A stretch of DNA of 56,383 nucleotides, the filler included, from Sphacelaria rigidula (taxonomy: Eukaryota): the NCBI GenBank assembly GCA_964200075.2. It is 4 parts of 4 records of this genome, joined end to end, with 100 filler letters (N's around TTAATTAATTAA, not from the genome) between each part and the next. Parts side by side here need not be neighbours in the genome. Positions count along the whole stretch, not along the records: positions 1 to 14,022 come from CAXNAA020002508.1; 3 more parts are not named here. The stretch is one strand, 5' to 3'. Every line of letters begins with the position of its first letter. Within the stretch, counting starts at the first letter, position 1. The notes beneath the pieces are model-generated. The model saw only the letters and a list, made by a program, of their open reading frames with translations. It was not told where the DNA came from and searched no databases. The position numbers and the translations under genes are program-made. Shown here piece after piece: positions 1 through 11,900 of the stretch.

Positions 1-83
1 GAAACGATTCATTCACTGATTGACCGCTTTTCACTCTCAATCGTATCATCTACTACTCTCAATCTCACGGAAACATTGTTACA

Positions 84-215
84 CGTGGAATGGCGCAAAA
101 AAAGTTGCGTGGATACCTCTTGGACCATCGGTCATTTTTTTTTCCCCTTTTGGCAATCAGGCCGAATAAATCGTGGATCTGGTGACTCGAACCCGTGACG
201 ATTCGTCCTGACCGT
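84..215 (+). repeat. Dispersed repeat family; copies at ~32298-32430 and ~46439-46585
   Basis: ACGTGGAATGGCG.AAAA.TTGCGT.GA...GACCA...GCAATCA.GCC...AAATCGT in three places. Confidence 0.75.
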
Positions 216-641
216 GGAAGTTTTTGCGAACGAAAGATCTACCGTTTGGGTCTACTTTCAAACTGACACTCTTGTCTTGATATGCCTGGTATGCTTGTAC
301 GTATTGTGTCCCTCGAGAGGTCCCTCGAGAGGTCAAGATATGGAACCTTGCGATTCTTAGTTCTTTGGTTGATGGTTTTTGGGGCCTTGAGTTTCGCCCG
401 TAGTCGGACCCTATGTTCATGTTCATTTTTTCTACTTGGCCTCGGGCGTCGAGTCGGAAAGCGGGGTACCACCCTCTGAAGTCCGAATGGCCACCTGCGG
501 CACTGGATCTTCTGAGTTTAGTTATATATTCATTATTTTTCTCCTTCATTATCTATTCCTGTTGGCTTGTATCGCGTTTTGTGGGTGTTTCTCTGGGTCT
601 ATTTATTTTAATTTTTTTCCTTACACCTTATTTTAGGTAAC

Positions 642-747
642 TAGCCTGTGACCACGCAAGTCGTCCGCATCAGACACCCAGTACGAGTGTACCGCGCAGA
701 TATCGGAACGACTTTGAATCTGAAAACAACAACAACAACAACAACAA
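642..747 (+). repeat. Dispersed repeat ending in an (ACA)n tail (SINE/LINE 3' end-like); second copy 2333-2430
   Basis: TAGCCTGTGACCACG.AAG.CGTCCGCATCAGA..CCCAGTAC... present twice, each followed by ACA repeats. Confidence 0.65.
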
Positions 748-1065
748 TTCTTTTTCCATGTTATACTGTTCGGTTCATGAATAGAACAAGAAATAAATGG
801 CGCTTTGACGATACCTATTTTATCGATACCATTGAATCTGTCTACATGTACATCGACTCTGTCTACATGTACATCGACTCTGTCTATATGCACTGCCCTG
901 TCGCCGTGGGGTCTTCCCTTCTATCTCTCGATCGCGGGTCTGAAACACGAGTAATGAGTACAACACCGTTTTGGCAGACGGGAACTGAGGAAATCATTAT
1001 CGAATGCAGTACGTCAGAGCTCAGTTCAAGCTGAGGGCGTAAGATAGAGGACAATACAAACAACG

Positions 1066-4000
1066 ATGCAGAGTATGGAGAAACCAGAGAGCCAGTCGGA
1101 CAAGGAGCAAAGAGTGGCCGTTTTTGTCGATGTTGAGGTATGCGCATCCAGAGTAGCATAACATCACTATAAGCTATTCATCTAGTTTTTCTACTTTTTT
1201 TTCGCGGTCGACATAGAGGTATTGAAACTCCTTCGCTGCTCTGTCAGGGACACCAGCCTGAAGTTGATGATTTATTGCGTATAAGGTTATCGTTGTGGTT
1301 TATTCGGCTGGGAAGGAGCTCTAATGAACTTCTCACGCCTTCGGTATTCGTCCGATAAGGCCCGAGCTCCCATTGCCGTCGCATCTTCCCTATGTTTGGC
1401 GCGGCACGACTCTTCGCCTTACATCAGAGAGTGGGGATACGGGAGTAGGGGGACTGACAAATGATTTCGTGATTCCGACAGCGAACCCCAGGGCAGTTTG
1501 GGCAAGGCAAGTAGTGCGTATTGCTGGGTACCCAGCAACTTGTGTTGAGGGGGAACGGGTTACTATTTCCTTGCTCCTGTAGTGGTCTGCACTGTCTGCA
1601 CTGCCGCTAGATGCGCGCTTTGTGTTCGAGGTTCGAAGGCGGATGATGAGACACAGCAGCACAGCGCGAAGTGAGAACCGGCGGAAGTAGCACTACATTG
1701 TATCGTAATTCCGCCGCCTTTTACAGTCTGATTGACCGAGACAGCAAGTTACCCCGGAAACAGCGAGCTTGTTCAGCGAAATCGAGCGTGTGGGTCCTAT
1801 TTCGAAAACCTATTGCAGCGCGGGGAGCGGCTGGGGAGTGGCCGGAGGATGGGCGGCGATACTTAGTACCATTCGCTGATTACCCAAGCAACCCTGTGGA
1901 ACTGAACCCTCCTTCGGTATCCATAGCATACTGAACTTCGCGAGACGACCCCGTTCGTGGGGACTATCATAAAATAAATATTCCGCGCGTGCGTGCTTTC
2001 CACAACAGCGCTGGCCTCCAGCAGATGCGAGTAGGACTTGGCTACACCATTTGACCACCCCGGGATATTTCTCCATTGGATTGGCACCACCTCCACTTGA
2101 AAGTAAACCTTAGACTCAGCCGTCCATCTGCCAGCGCGCTCAGGGTAGACGTTTTTACCGCTAGGTGTCATCATCTGTCGAGCTGGCATCATTTTCACTT
2201 GAAAACTGTCTGTAGGACCCCTGACCATAAATGCGCGTCAACGCTTTTTTTGTACGTGTCGCGTCTGTGTGAATTTTTCTGGATTCGATTTTATTTGTTT
2301 TTTTTAATTTCCCTTCAATATTTTGGAGCAGTTAGCCTGTGACCACGGAAGGCGTCCGCATCAGATGCCCAGTACAGGGTACTGCGCAGGTATCGGAACG
2401 GTTTCGAAGGTGAAGCTAACCACAACAACCATAATGCTTTCTGCCGGAACTGCCTCCTTCCCTCCCCGGTTTAGACGCCTCACTTTCCGCAGTCACCCAC
2501 AATTACAAGCAAAGGATAATTAACAGCCAAGTAAGATCGATGCCCACACAGAGTGAGCACGGTGCTGTGTGCGATCGAGTCAGTTCCGTCCGGAGCATGC
2601 TCAGAGGGGGGGCATTTATTATGAAATATGAAATCTATTCTCGAGTCAAAATCGCGCCCGATTTCAAACGAAATATTGAAAAAAATACTGTGTATGAGGT
2701 ATTTATGCAGGTGTAGGTACGTCCAAGCAGTGATTTGTGTTTTTCAATATTTCAACATTTCCACATCGTACCCACGTTTTTTCACGTCAGGTTGGATTTT
2801 TGTTCCGATGCCGTCCTCGACATCTCTGAACCAAGCGAATCGGGAAAGCGGGCTAGGCTCCTCACGGTGGGGTGATGCAAAGTGTCCAAAACACGTGACA
2901 GCAATATTCCGTGTTGGCGGCAAAAAACTGCGTCAAATGTCCAATAACTGAAAAATCCAGCCAAAAAAACGAACAAACCGTGAGACGACCTAGTGCCTCT
3001 TGAGGGGCCTAGAACTGGGTCAAATGTCCCATATATGAGAAATCCAACCAGAAAGATGAACCAACCTCACGTAAGACCCCCTCCTGTGGCTCGTTTTTCG
3101 GGGGGGGGGGGGGGGAGTCGCAGTTTCCGTTTTCAGGACCTTCGGCACTGTTTTTGGCCCCTACCAGGAATATCGCCATCACACGTCTTCGGCATTTTGC
3201 ATCGCCCCACCAAGGGAAGTCTATTAGCCACTGTTCAGAGTCGCTTGGCTTAAGAGGTTTTTAGAACGGCCTCTGGACAAAAGTACGACAGGATCAAACA
3301 TGCGGTGTCTGGTGTCTGCAGGCTTGTGTGAATACCTGTAGACGTGAAAATACCTGCAGACACCGCATTTGAAAAATATAATACTCTGTCGTATTTTTAT
3401 TCTGGGGGTCGTTCTCGAAACCCCAGAGCCAAGCGAATCTGAAACGTGGGCTAGGCTCCTCCCGGTGGGGTGATGCAAAGTGTCGGACGTGTGACGGCGA
3501 TATTCCCTGTTTGGCGGCCAAAAATCGTGTCAAAGGTCCCAAGGCCCGGTGCGTTGCCATCGGCGCATAAAGCGCAGGGAGGAACCATAGCGCACGTTCT
3601 CATTGATATGCGGGATGCCCCGGCTCCAGCTGCTGATCCTGCTATTGGATACGTTGCGCTCTCGCGTGCTATCGGACTGCGGGGGTTGAAACTGCTCTTT
3701 CCGGTGACGAAGAACAAGTCGAACTTCCATCCCGACAAAGATTGTATCGCCCTGATGAACTGGATGGCGAAGAAGGCCGATGAAACGGCCGCACAGTTCA
3801 TCGGTAACCATAACCGTAACTTGAGCTACACAAACGACAGACTATTCAATTGCCATTGGCGATAATAGTAAACGAGATGAGAACGTGTTGGGCGGTCGGG
3901 TGTTCGTTGTCCCGTTTTCCAGCAAATAGCCATCAGGTACATCGTGTATGACGCCCCCCCACTACTTCACAATCTGGATGCGAACGCCACCCTTCTCGAG

Positions 4001-5262
4001 TTTAGCGATGTGCTTCAAAGTACAGTAGAAACTGCAGAAAAGTGCCGCGGACAACCATATTTTCATTTCAAAACAACGTCATTTAGTTTTGGGATGGTAT
4101 GGCTTTTTTTGCTTCGGTGGTTTTTTTGAGAGGAAGACGAAATAGTTATACCCATCACCAAGATGGTTTTTGCGGAAAATATCTTTTTGAAGAAGCTTGC
4201 ACCTCCAAAGGATGGCGTATCTCTCAGTCTTGGCATCACACCCGATTTTGTTTTGAAAGTCCAACTGCCAAATTCGGCGCGCGCGCTTGTCCGGGGGAAT
4301 TGGTCCAAACCCAAGTAACGGGGCTGTTGGATGTGGTCAGACTTCCGAAAATGAAGTTGTCTCAATTGTCATCAGTATTTCTCTGGACTCAAATGCACTT
4401 TTCTGGACACAGCATATTATTGCAGTATAAGGTCACCGCAAGTCAGAAAGAACAAACTGATGTGGTGTTCAAAAAGCATCACTGAGGCCAAGGGGCTCGC
4501 AGCTTTTGCCACAGGAGCGCATGCCCCCTCCACCCTCGACCCCCCTTTCCCGCAGAGGATTTTGGGATGTAGACCCACGTCGCCGAATAGATGGGACGAC
4601 AAGGATATTGGCGTAGTCCCCCCCTTTCCTCTGGGCGTTTCCTGAGCGAAACGGGCTTTTGTCGATACGGCTTATAGACCATTCTGGACCCAGAAGAAGG
4701 TCACGTAACTGCTCCAAGTGTTTCCTGCCTCACTGGGACTTGGGGACTTCAAGATGAATGATGCTCTCAAACATAGTCTTCGTTATCGATAGTGGCCAGC
4801 AGCACATCCATAGTCATGCCTCAGAGTATACAATGACCTAAACTGATGTATCTCATATCCAAGCCGCTGTATCAACAGAAAGCGTATCGTGTATCTGCAC
4901 GTCTACTGAAGGTGGCATACTCGAAAGGCGTGGGCCACACCGAACGACTCGACCGCCCTTTGTCGAGTCGAGGCGTAGTGGTGTGCCCCCGGAATGTATT
5001 TTGCCGAAAAAGCAAGCGCTGAACGCGCGTTACGCGAGCCTGATCGTACGTTCAAAGCAGGACCCACACAAATCATCACCCAAGCCATGCTCGCCGGAAT
5101 AAACTCTCCCGAGTTCTTCAAAATGTAGCTTCATAGCTTCATACAGCAGGTTCAAAACATTCTGCACATAAGGGGAGATGACTGATTATCCTGCGCACAT
5201 CGGACACGTACTAAAATTATAGCAGTTCCACGACACTTGGCAATTTTTCACACCCTGGACAA

Positions 5263-5300
<38 letters not shown>

Positions 5301-8300
5301 TATCATTATTATTATTTCCGCACATTAGTCCGATCTCGCGAACCCGTGGTCACAGTCGTAGGCTCGCCTTTCCGATACCGTCCCTGCGATACCTTACAAG
5401 ACATTTTGTCTTTCCCTTGCTCAAAAAAATGAATCAACCATCCAACCAACCATCCATCCTCAAACAATCTTGACTTTAATTAATTTTTAAACTACATCCT
5501 CTCCCATTTATTGGCGGAAACGAACTCAAGCGTGGGAATTCCCAGCTTCTCATATTGTCTTTCCCTTGCTCAAAAAAAGAAATCAACCATCCAACCATCC
5601 ATCCTCAAACAATCTTTAATTTAATTAATTAATAGTATATTAATTTGTATATTTTAATTAATTGTTTGTCTTTCCCGTGCTCAAAAAAAATATATCAACC
5701 ATCCAACCATCCATCCTTAAACAATCTTTAATTTAATTAAGGAATAGTATATTAGGTACCAAAAATAAAAATAAAAATAAATACGCCACGAAAACCGGTG
5801 AAAAGTAGCTCCCCCGAGTTCAACGGGGAGAGAAGAGGAAGAAAGGAAAACAAACAAACAAACAAACGACAAACGCCAGATCTGTCAAAAATGTACAATA
5901 TACAGTCAACATATGCAATATACGAGAAGTGTACTGCACTAAGTATAGACGTATTGCAACTCTTGCCGGCCGACAACTCGGTCGCAATAGGCCTATGCTT
6001 TATGCAGTACTTTCGTTGTCTATTGCAACTATTGACCATATGTTGTCCAAGGTGTGCATTTTTACACAACACTTATCCGCTCAAGTGGTTCTTCCATTTG
6101 CTCTCGCAGAACATCCTCGGCTGGCTGAAGAGAGGAGGCTGCGGCGATTTGCTGTCGAAGGCAGCGGAGCGCGGCGTCGTAAGCGTAAGAAGAGCGTTCG
6201 GCGACTTCTCCAATCCGTGCGTGGCTGCTCGACAGGTCGAGCTGCAGCGACATGGGTTCGACCTCGTGCACACTCTCCACCCCGCCAAGGGCAAGAGCAA
6301 CTCGGCGGATATCAGGTATCTGTTGACGAGGCACAAGGTTCCGCTGCGGTTGGCTAGACGTGTGGGATGTTGAGGAAAAAAAACTGACGATGTTCCGGGA
6401 AAATAATCTGCGTGCAGAAATGGCCGTGCGTTGTGTACTGACTTTCGTTTTTGAACTGTAGTATGTTTTCTCCTGAAATAAGACATGGGTGGTAACTTCT
6501 ATTTTGAAATCAACATTCAATTTCGCATTGTTCACATGTCCAAACACCTTCCTTCTGGGGATGAGTCTTGAGTCCGAGGAGATGAGTTGGTTTCTCCTCC
6601 GTGCCCGACTGAAACTTTTGGCACCAACTATACCGAGCATTGGGTCAGTACTCCTGAAGCCCGTCAACTTGCAACTAATTGTGACATATTTTCTGTATGT
6701 GTTGGTGGGCGAATCAATCAGTGCACATCAATCACCCTACGGTTCAACTGTCCCTCACAAGAAACATCTCACATGAAACTTGCTTGTTTTTTTTCTCGCC
6801 CTTTCTCCGTCCGCGGCGCTGTTCTGCCGGTACTTTTGATCCCGTTGATGCTGGCTCATCTCAAACCAACCGCGTCAAACTCCGCCGCCGAAACGGTCAC
6901 TGCTCCGTGGTGTGCAGCATGACGATCGATATCATGGAATGCTGTAGGTGAGTAAAGTCGAGAGCGGAACATGTCGAATGTGATTCCGCGTCGTCTCTCT
7001 TTGCTTTGCGAGCAGCCCCGGCGTCCGTACGAATAGTTTGAAGTATGGTCTCTCTTTGTACTCATGAGTTTGCCCTGTGAGGTAGTCGTCCTTCGACAGG
7101 GTTACTTGTATTTAGGGTGTGATATCTCTCCATCTTTATGGTTTGATTATCTAAGGTAGCCGTACTTCGACGGGGTTGCTTTTGTCACCCCGTGTGCTGA
7201 GCAAAGAGGCGTGTTGACTTCGCCTAGCTTCGGATATTTGCTTCCTGCGCCCGGTCCCAACCATTGCCCTGTCTCTTGCCGCCGCGAACACGTGCGGGCA
7301 AAACGAAAATGCTCTGCTTGCAGGGGGCCGGAGATTTCATGGGTCGTGCTCGCGACCGGAGACTCCGACTTCGGACCGGTCTTCCGCAGGCTGCGCGAAC
7401 TGGGAAAGGGTGTGGTTGGTGTCGGGCCTTCGTCCGTACTCAGCAAGAACGTATCTCTATCATGTCATGAGTTCGTTCTTACCAACACGAACGCCAGGAA
7501 GAGAAGGCACGGGAGAGGGGGACAAGCGGCGGCGGCAGCAGGATCGGGAGCGGCAAATCAACACCGCAGTCTCGGTCACAGCTACAACAGCAGTCCCCCG
7601 AGGGGGACGCCCTCGAGCACGAAGTTCGCGGAGCAACCTCAAGCACTGCTGTCGTCCCGCGGAGGGTTCCGGATCAAGCACCAGGGCGCGGTCGTCGCCG
7701 ACACTTTGGCGGCGAAACTAGATGACATGCACTTCGGGGCGAAAGCGCGGGCAGAGTCTTCGGCGTCATCTTCAGTCTCCACGCCCTCTACAGAACCACT
7801 CGAAGCGAATTCGCCGTCGCCATTGAGAGGGAAGGCTGGTGCTTCGTGCACAGCGGCAAGCCCGTCAGTGGTGAGCCTTGGAGCTAGCGCGACGGCGGTG
7901 GTTGCGGCGAGAATAGCGGCGACACCAGAATCAACGGCGCAACAGGGTTCGGTAGTTCACCAAACGACACCCAGCATTGAAGCAACCCCAGTGTTACCCC
8001 CGGGGCAGCTGCTGCTCCCGGCAATGGTGAACGAGGCTACACCATCATCAGCTGTTGCGGCACCTTTCCAACCTGTACATGTACCCCATTCTGCTGGACT
8101 GGCCGCCCCCGCTGCTCCTGCTTCTACCCCGCCGCTACTCCTCGGCAGCGGTAGTATCGCACGAAGAAACAACGGCGGCGGCCAGGGGGACGATGGTGTC
8201 AGGGCAACGAACCTGCAACCTCCCAACAAGAATGGACCGTTTCCTCGTAGTTCAGACCGTGGGTGCAGAACATCCGAGCTGAAGGCCGGCGGACTAGGCG

Positions 8301-8917
8301 CCCTTTCGGTTGTTCGACCTTCGGAAAAACTGTACCGGCACCTGTTGACGTTGGGAGGTGCTGGGTCGGCGGCGGTGGGAGAGCCCGTCGCGGCGGATGC
8401 CAGGGGAACAAGTGGTGTTGGGGACGCGGGGCGCAACGGCAGACCTGCCGGGAGCGATTGGGGAAGTGGATTGTCGGAAGTTTCGCTGGCGAAAGGACTG
8501 GTGTCGTTGGCTGTGGCTTGTGGGAGTGAGAACAGCGCGCACGTTCGGGCAGTTGAGACTCTCGAGGCAGAAGCCGTCGCATCGTCTACCTCCGTCCGTA
8601 GCCGCCATGAGCATTTCGCGGCGGAGTTTGGTGATGCGTCTGGACGCCAGGACGGGGGAGCAAACACCTCGGTTTCGGCGGGGTTTTCCCGAGAGGAGGC
8701 GTGTTCCGTCGCGGGGTTGTTGCAACGGTGTGGGTTCCTGACGTGGATGAGCGCGGAGCAGCAATGGGTGGTTACGGTTCCCGCTGATGTGGAGGTGTTG
8801 CGGCGGTGCCGGGATGAAGTGATGATGGAGGAGTTGAGGGCGAGGTGCCAGGAGGCCGGTGTGCCGTTCGAGCCGAGCCTTGCGGCCAACTTGCGGTGGG
8901 CTAAGAGGTCGTCTTGA
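1066..8917 (+). CDS. NYN-domain (LabA/DUF88, PIN-fold) putative ribonuclease, 4 exons: 1066-1137, 6110-6315, 6918-6947, 7324-8917; 633 aa
   Basis: Spliced product [31 protein letters not shown]...RRAFGDFS...[53 protein letters not shown] carries the NYN motifs (VFVDxEN, KNSAD-like SNSADI, TGDSDF, LRxxGKxVxGVG). All junctions are GT-AG and phase-compatible (0,2,2); total 1902 nt = 634 codons including stop; in-frame TAG at 1045 lies upstream of the ATG. Confidence 0.88.
3135..3540. repeat. Foldback element related to 50675-51156; extra arm at ~2825-2950
   Basis: AGGACCTTCGGCACTGTTTTTGGCC versus GGCCAAAAATCGTGTCAAAGGTCCC; shared GGTGGGGTGATGCAAAGTGTC core. Confidence 0.7.
3548..3865 (+). pseudogene. 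PIF1/RecD-like SF1 helicase C-terminal fragment (probably Helitron- or virus-derived), in NYN intron 1
   Basis: [16 protein letters not shown]...[19 protein letters not shown] corresponds to PIF1 motifs V (HKxQGxT) and VI (YVALSR); the 5' side is cut by a foldback repeat. Confidence 0.75.
5406..5745. repeat. Three ~80-bp direct repeats (5406, 5556, 5666), downstream of a (TCA)n microsatellite at 5263-5300
   Basis: TTGTCTTTCCC.TGCTCAAAAAAA...ATCAACCATCCAACCATCCATCCT.AAACAATCTT x3. Confidence 0.8.
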
Positions 8918-11900
8918 GGACGCGAGTTCGTGTTTTTTGCCTCGTATATTGATGGAGAGGAAGAAGGGCGACTGTGTTTTCTTTACACGTTTATCCTAGC
9001 GACTGCTCGGTCAAGGTGGAGGGAGCACATGGGCCATATGGATCTGTACGTGCAACAGTAGCAGGTTTCGTTGAATCTGACACAAAGTGCATGTTAACTT
9101 ACTGTTGAGATCGCGTAGCGCGTGACGTAAATGGGCAGTCATTCGAACTTGGTGGCTCCAAGGCGAGAGAGGTGCGTTCACAACTGTGGTGTGTTGTTTC
9201 ATCAGGGATTTTTCAGATATTGTCACCGCCGACATACTGTGGAAATGTGCACGATGTTTACGAGGCGGGAGAGGGCCGATGTGTTTTGTTTGGTTTGCTG
9301 TTATAGCGAAAGAGCGTTGTTCATGAACGTGTATGGGTGTGCGGCGACGGCTGTTGCTGTCCCGCTTGACGAAATTAGTCGGGGGAGGAGGGGGGAGGGG
9401 GGAGGGCTATCCGCATATACACCTATATTGTTCAAACACGGGAGGGGATGAGAGGAGGATCTATTTTGCCACGCGTGGGGGATGGTGCATATTGAGATTG
9501 GGTAGTGTGGAATATCAATGGGAGGGGTGTAAATTTTGTGCGAGTGTTTCGGTGTGCCGGTGTGAATATTTACAAGCATCGGCTACTGAACATTTCGGAA
9601 GCAGGGTGCTGCCTAGTTGAAATACGTAAATGGTGTCTTACCGACCGATTTAGCTACGTATGATTCCCCCCTTCTTGCCCGACCCGATGAGGCGATGTAT
9701 ATTCACGTGATGTGTTTTATACTGGTGCGCTGACTGTGTGTTGGGGCGTCCAGCGGACACCGCGGCAGTCCCGTACGGTCGCCGAAATTCGTGTAGCTTC
9801 GTTTTTTTTCATCAGGGTAACGACCCTCGGCCGTTGAGGTGACGTGAGAACTGACACAAATAGTAGCTGTGTCGCGTCACCTGTACCCGAGTCCGAACGC
9901 GCCATGACCGAGTGCAGCAAGGTCAGCAAGGTCTCTACTGATGGGTATTGCTTCGTCGGTATTTTCTTCACCTTCGTCGGGAACGGACCGAGAATTTGGC
10001 GCGGGGATGGGTTGTGAGTGGGGAGGGGCACCCTCAAGTGCCATGTCGGGGATAGGTTAGGGAGGAATGGTGCGTGTGTAGATTACGAAACAAACTCTGC
10101 CCTGTGCATCTACGGTAGACACACGTACAGCACATCAGTAGCGCTGGACGTGGAGTGAAGTCTTCGGAGGTATTCGTTTAGTGAGCCATTAAATGCTGAG
10201 TGTGGAATATATAAATATATATATTTATGTACATCTTGGTTCATGTTGGGCAACAGACCTCTCTGAGCCTTCGATGATCGTCGGGTTGCTCTAGTTGGGT
10301 TTGGTGCGAAAACCTGTGATTCCCATGTTGGTGAAAGTTTTATTCTTTGTTTGGTTTGTCGTTTTGGTTCCTCGAGAAGCAGCGGCCGCCCCACCGTTTT
10401 GCTTTGCCTCGTTGATCGCGGGCCTCTCAGGCTGATCCTATGTTTCAACATTTGAGTATCGTGATGGTGTTTCGAGAGTGAGATTTATGCCCTGATCTTC
10501 GAAAAGGTCAGCCTATTGTAGTGTTAAAGTGCAGGCTCTTGTCTTTGACTGGCGTGTCATGTCTGTCTGTTTTGTCTTTTTCTTTTTTTTCATGTGGTGG
10601 GTATCAGTCCTTTTCTCGAGTTGTCCTTTAACGCGTGGTTCCCGTTCTGTCACCGTACGTGTGTCTGCAACATCACGGCGTTGGAGTTCTGAGCAGGATC
10701 AGTTGATGATGGGGAAAAGATCGCACTGTCAAAAAGTGTTGTGTTCACAGTATGGAATATGCTGTCGAATGCAACGGACGCAATAGTCGAAGTTGTACTC
10801 ATTATGCTTTTTGGCAATGTAATATACATCTTGTCCGGGATGTGGAGAAAAGTGACATTGAAAAAAATCTTTCGAGTTGAAGGCTCAACACGAACTCGAA
10901 ATACGTGATCCGTGCTACTGTTGTTTTGCTCTTGTTTTTTTTTTCGTGAACAAAGGTGGGGCAAAGGCAGCATCGGACGAATAGAAATTGCTACAGCTTT
11001 TGGTGGTTTTGCGTTTTGTGTTTGTACGGTACTCCAAAATTAGAGGAGTGGCTGTAGTTCGACCTTCCTCCGCGTATGTAGATGGGGAACGTGTGGGTGG
11101 TGGTTCTCTCCCAAGAGGAATAGTGGCAGTCAATGTTCAGTATGTATACTCACATCGTGTACTTTTTCTTTTATTTTTAATTTTGGGAGCAAAAAATTAC
11201 GCCAGCTAGCTGTGCTCATTGCGTGTGTGTGTTCCCTGTTTGTTAAATGTGGCTTTGAATCCTACCGTAGTATTGATTTTCGTTCGTGGTTTCCCTTGGT
11301 ATCAAATGCGATTTGGCTGATTTCTCTTACTTTGAGTGGTTTGCCATGAAAACATTTCGAGGTCGCCTAGGACAGGGTACGTACCCTGAGGCACCCTGGA
11401 TGTTGAGGACAAATATTTTTAGTAGGCAATACTCGAGGGCAAGCAGGACTGCCGAAACCAGCCCATGTCCCAGAATACATGGAGGATCGACGGATGATAT
11501 ACGCAGTATACCAGAGTACTTGTGGTGTTCAGTATCCTACACTACTATCGTGAGCACTTTTGCAAGATTTCATGCGCTCATGAAAGACGTTTTTATGGGC
11601 ACCTACAAGTTTAGGTCAAGTGTCGCAGCTGCTGGGTGCGTGCAAATATTTGTTGCGATTCTTCATTTTTCGTGGAAGTGACATGCCTTTTCGTTTATTT
11701 GGTCGGAGACGAAATCTTTCCTAAACTGTACTCTGTACATAGCTGCTCAACAACCGACCGTACTACTAGAGAAGGAATGGGGTAGAGTTTTTCGTGTGTA
11801 GCAGGAGGAGATCTCCAGTCGGTGGGTGGTTTGACAGACTGGTGACTAGGAGCTGTGTAAGGTTTAGAGCAAGAGTATGAGCTGTCAGGTGGGCCTCAGT

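Noticed and set aside
836-890. 21-bp tandem repeat giving HVDRVDV peptide repeats
   Set aside because: About 2.5-copy simple duplication upstream of the NYN start; no evidence of coding function.
7957-8889. 310-aa minus-strand ORF (and similar ORFs at 29183-29533 and 35522-36010)
   Set aside because: Antisense shadows of GC-rich real exons.
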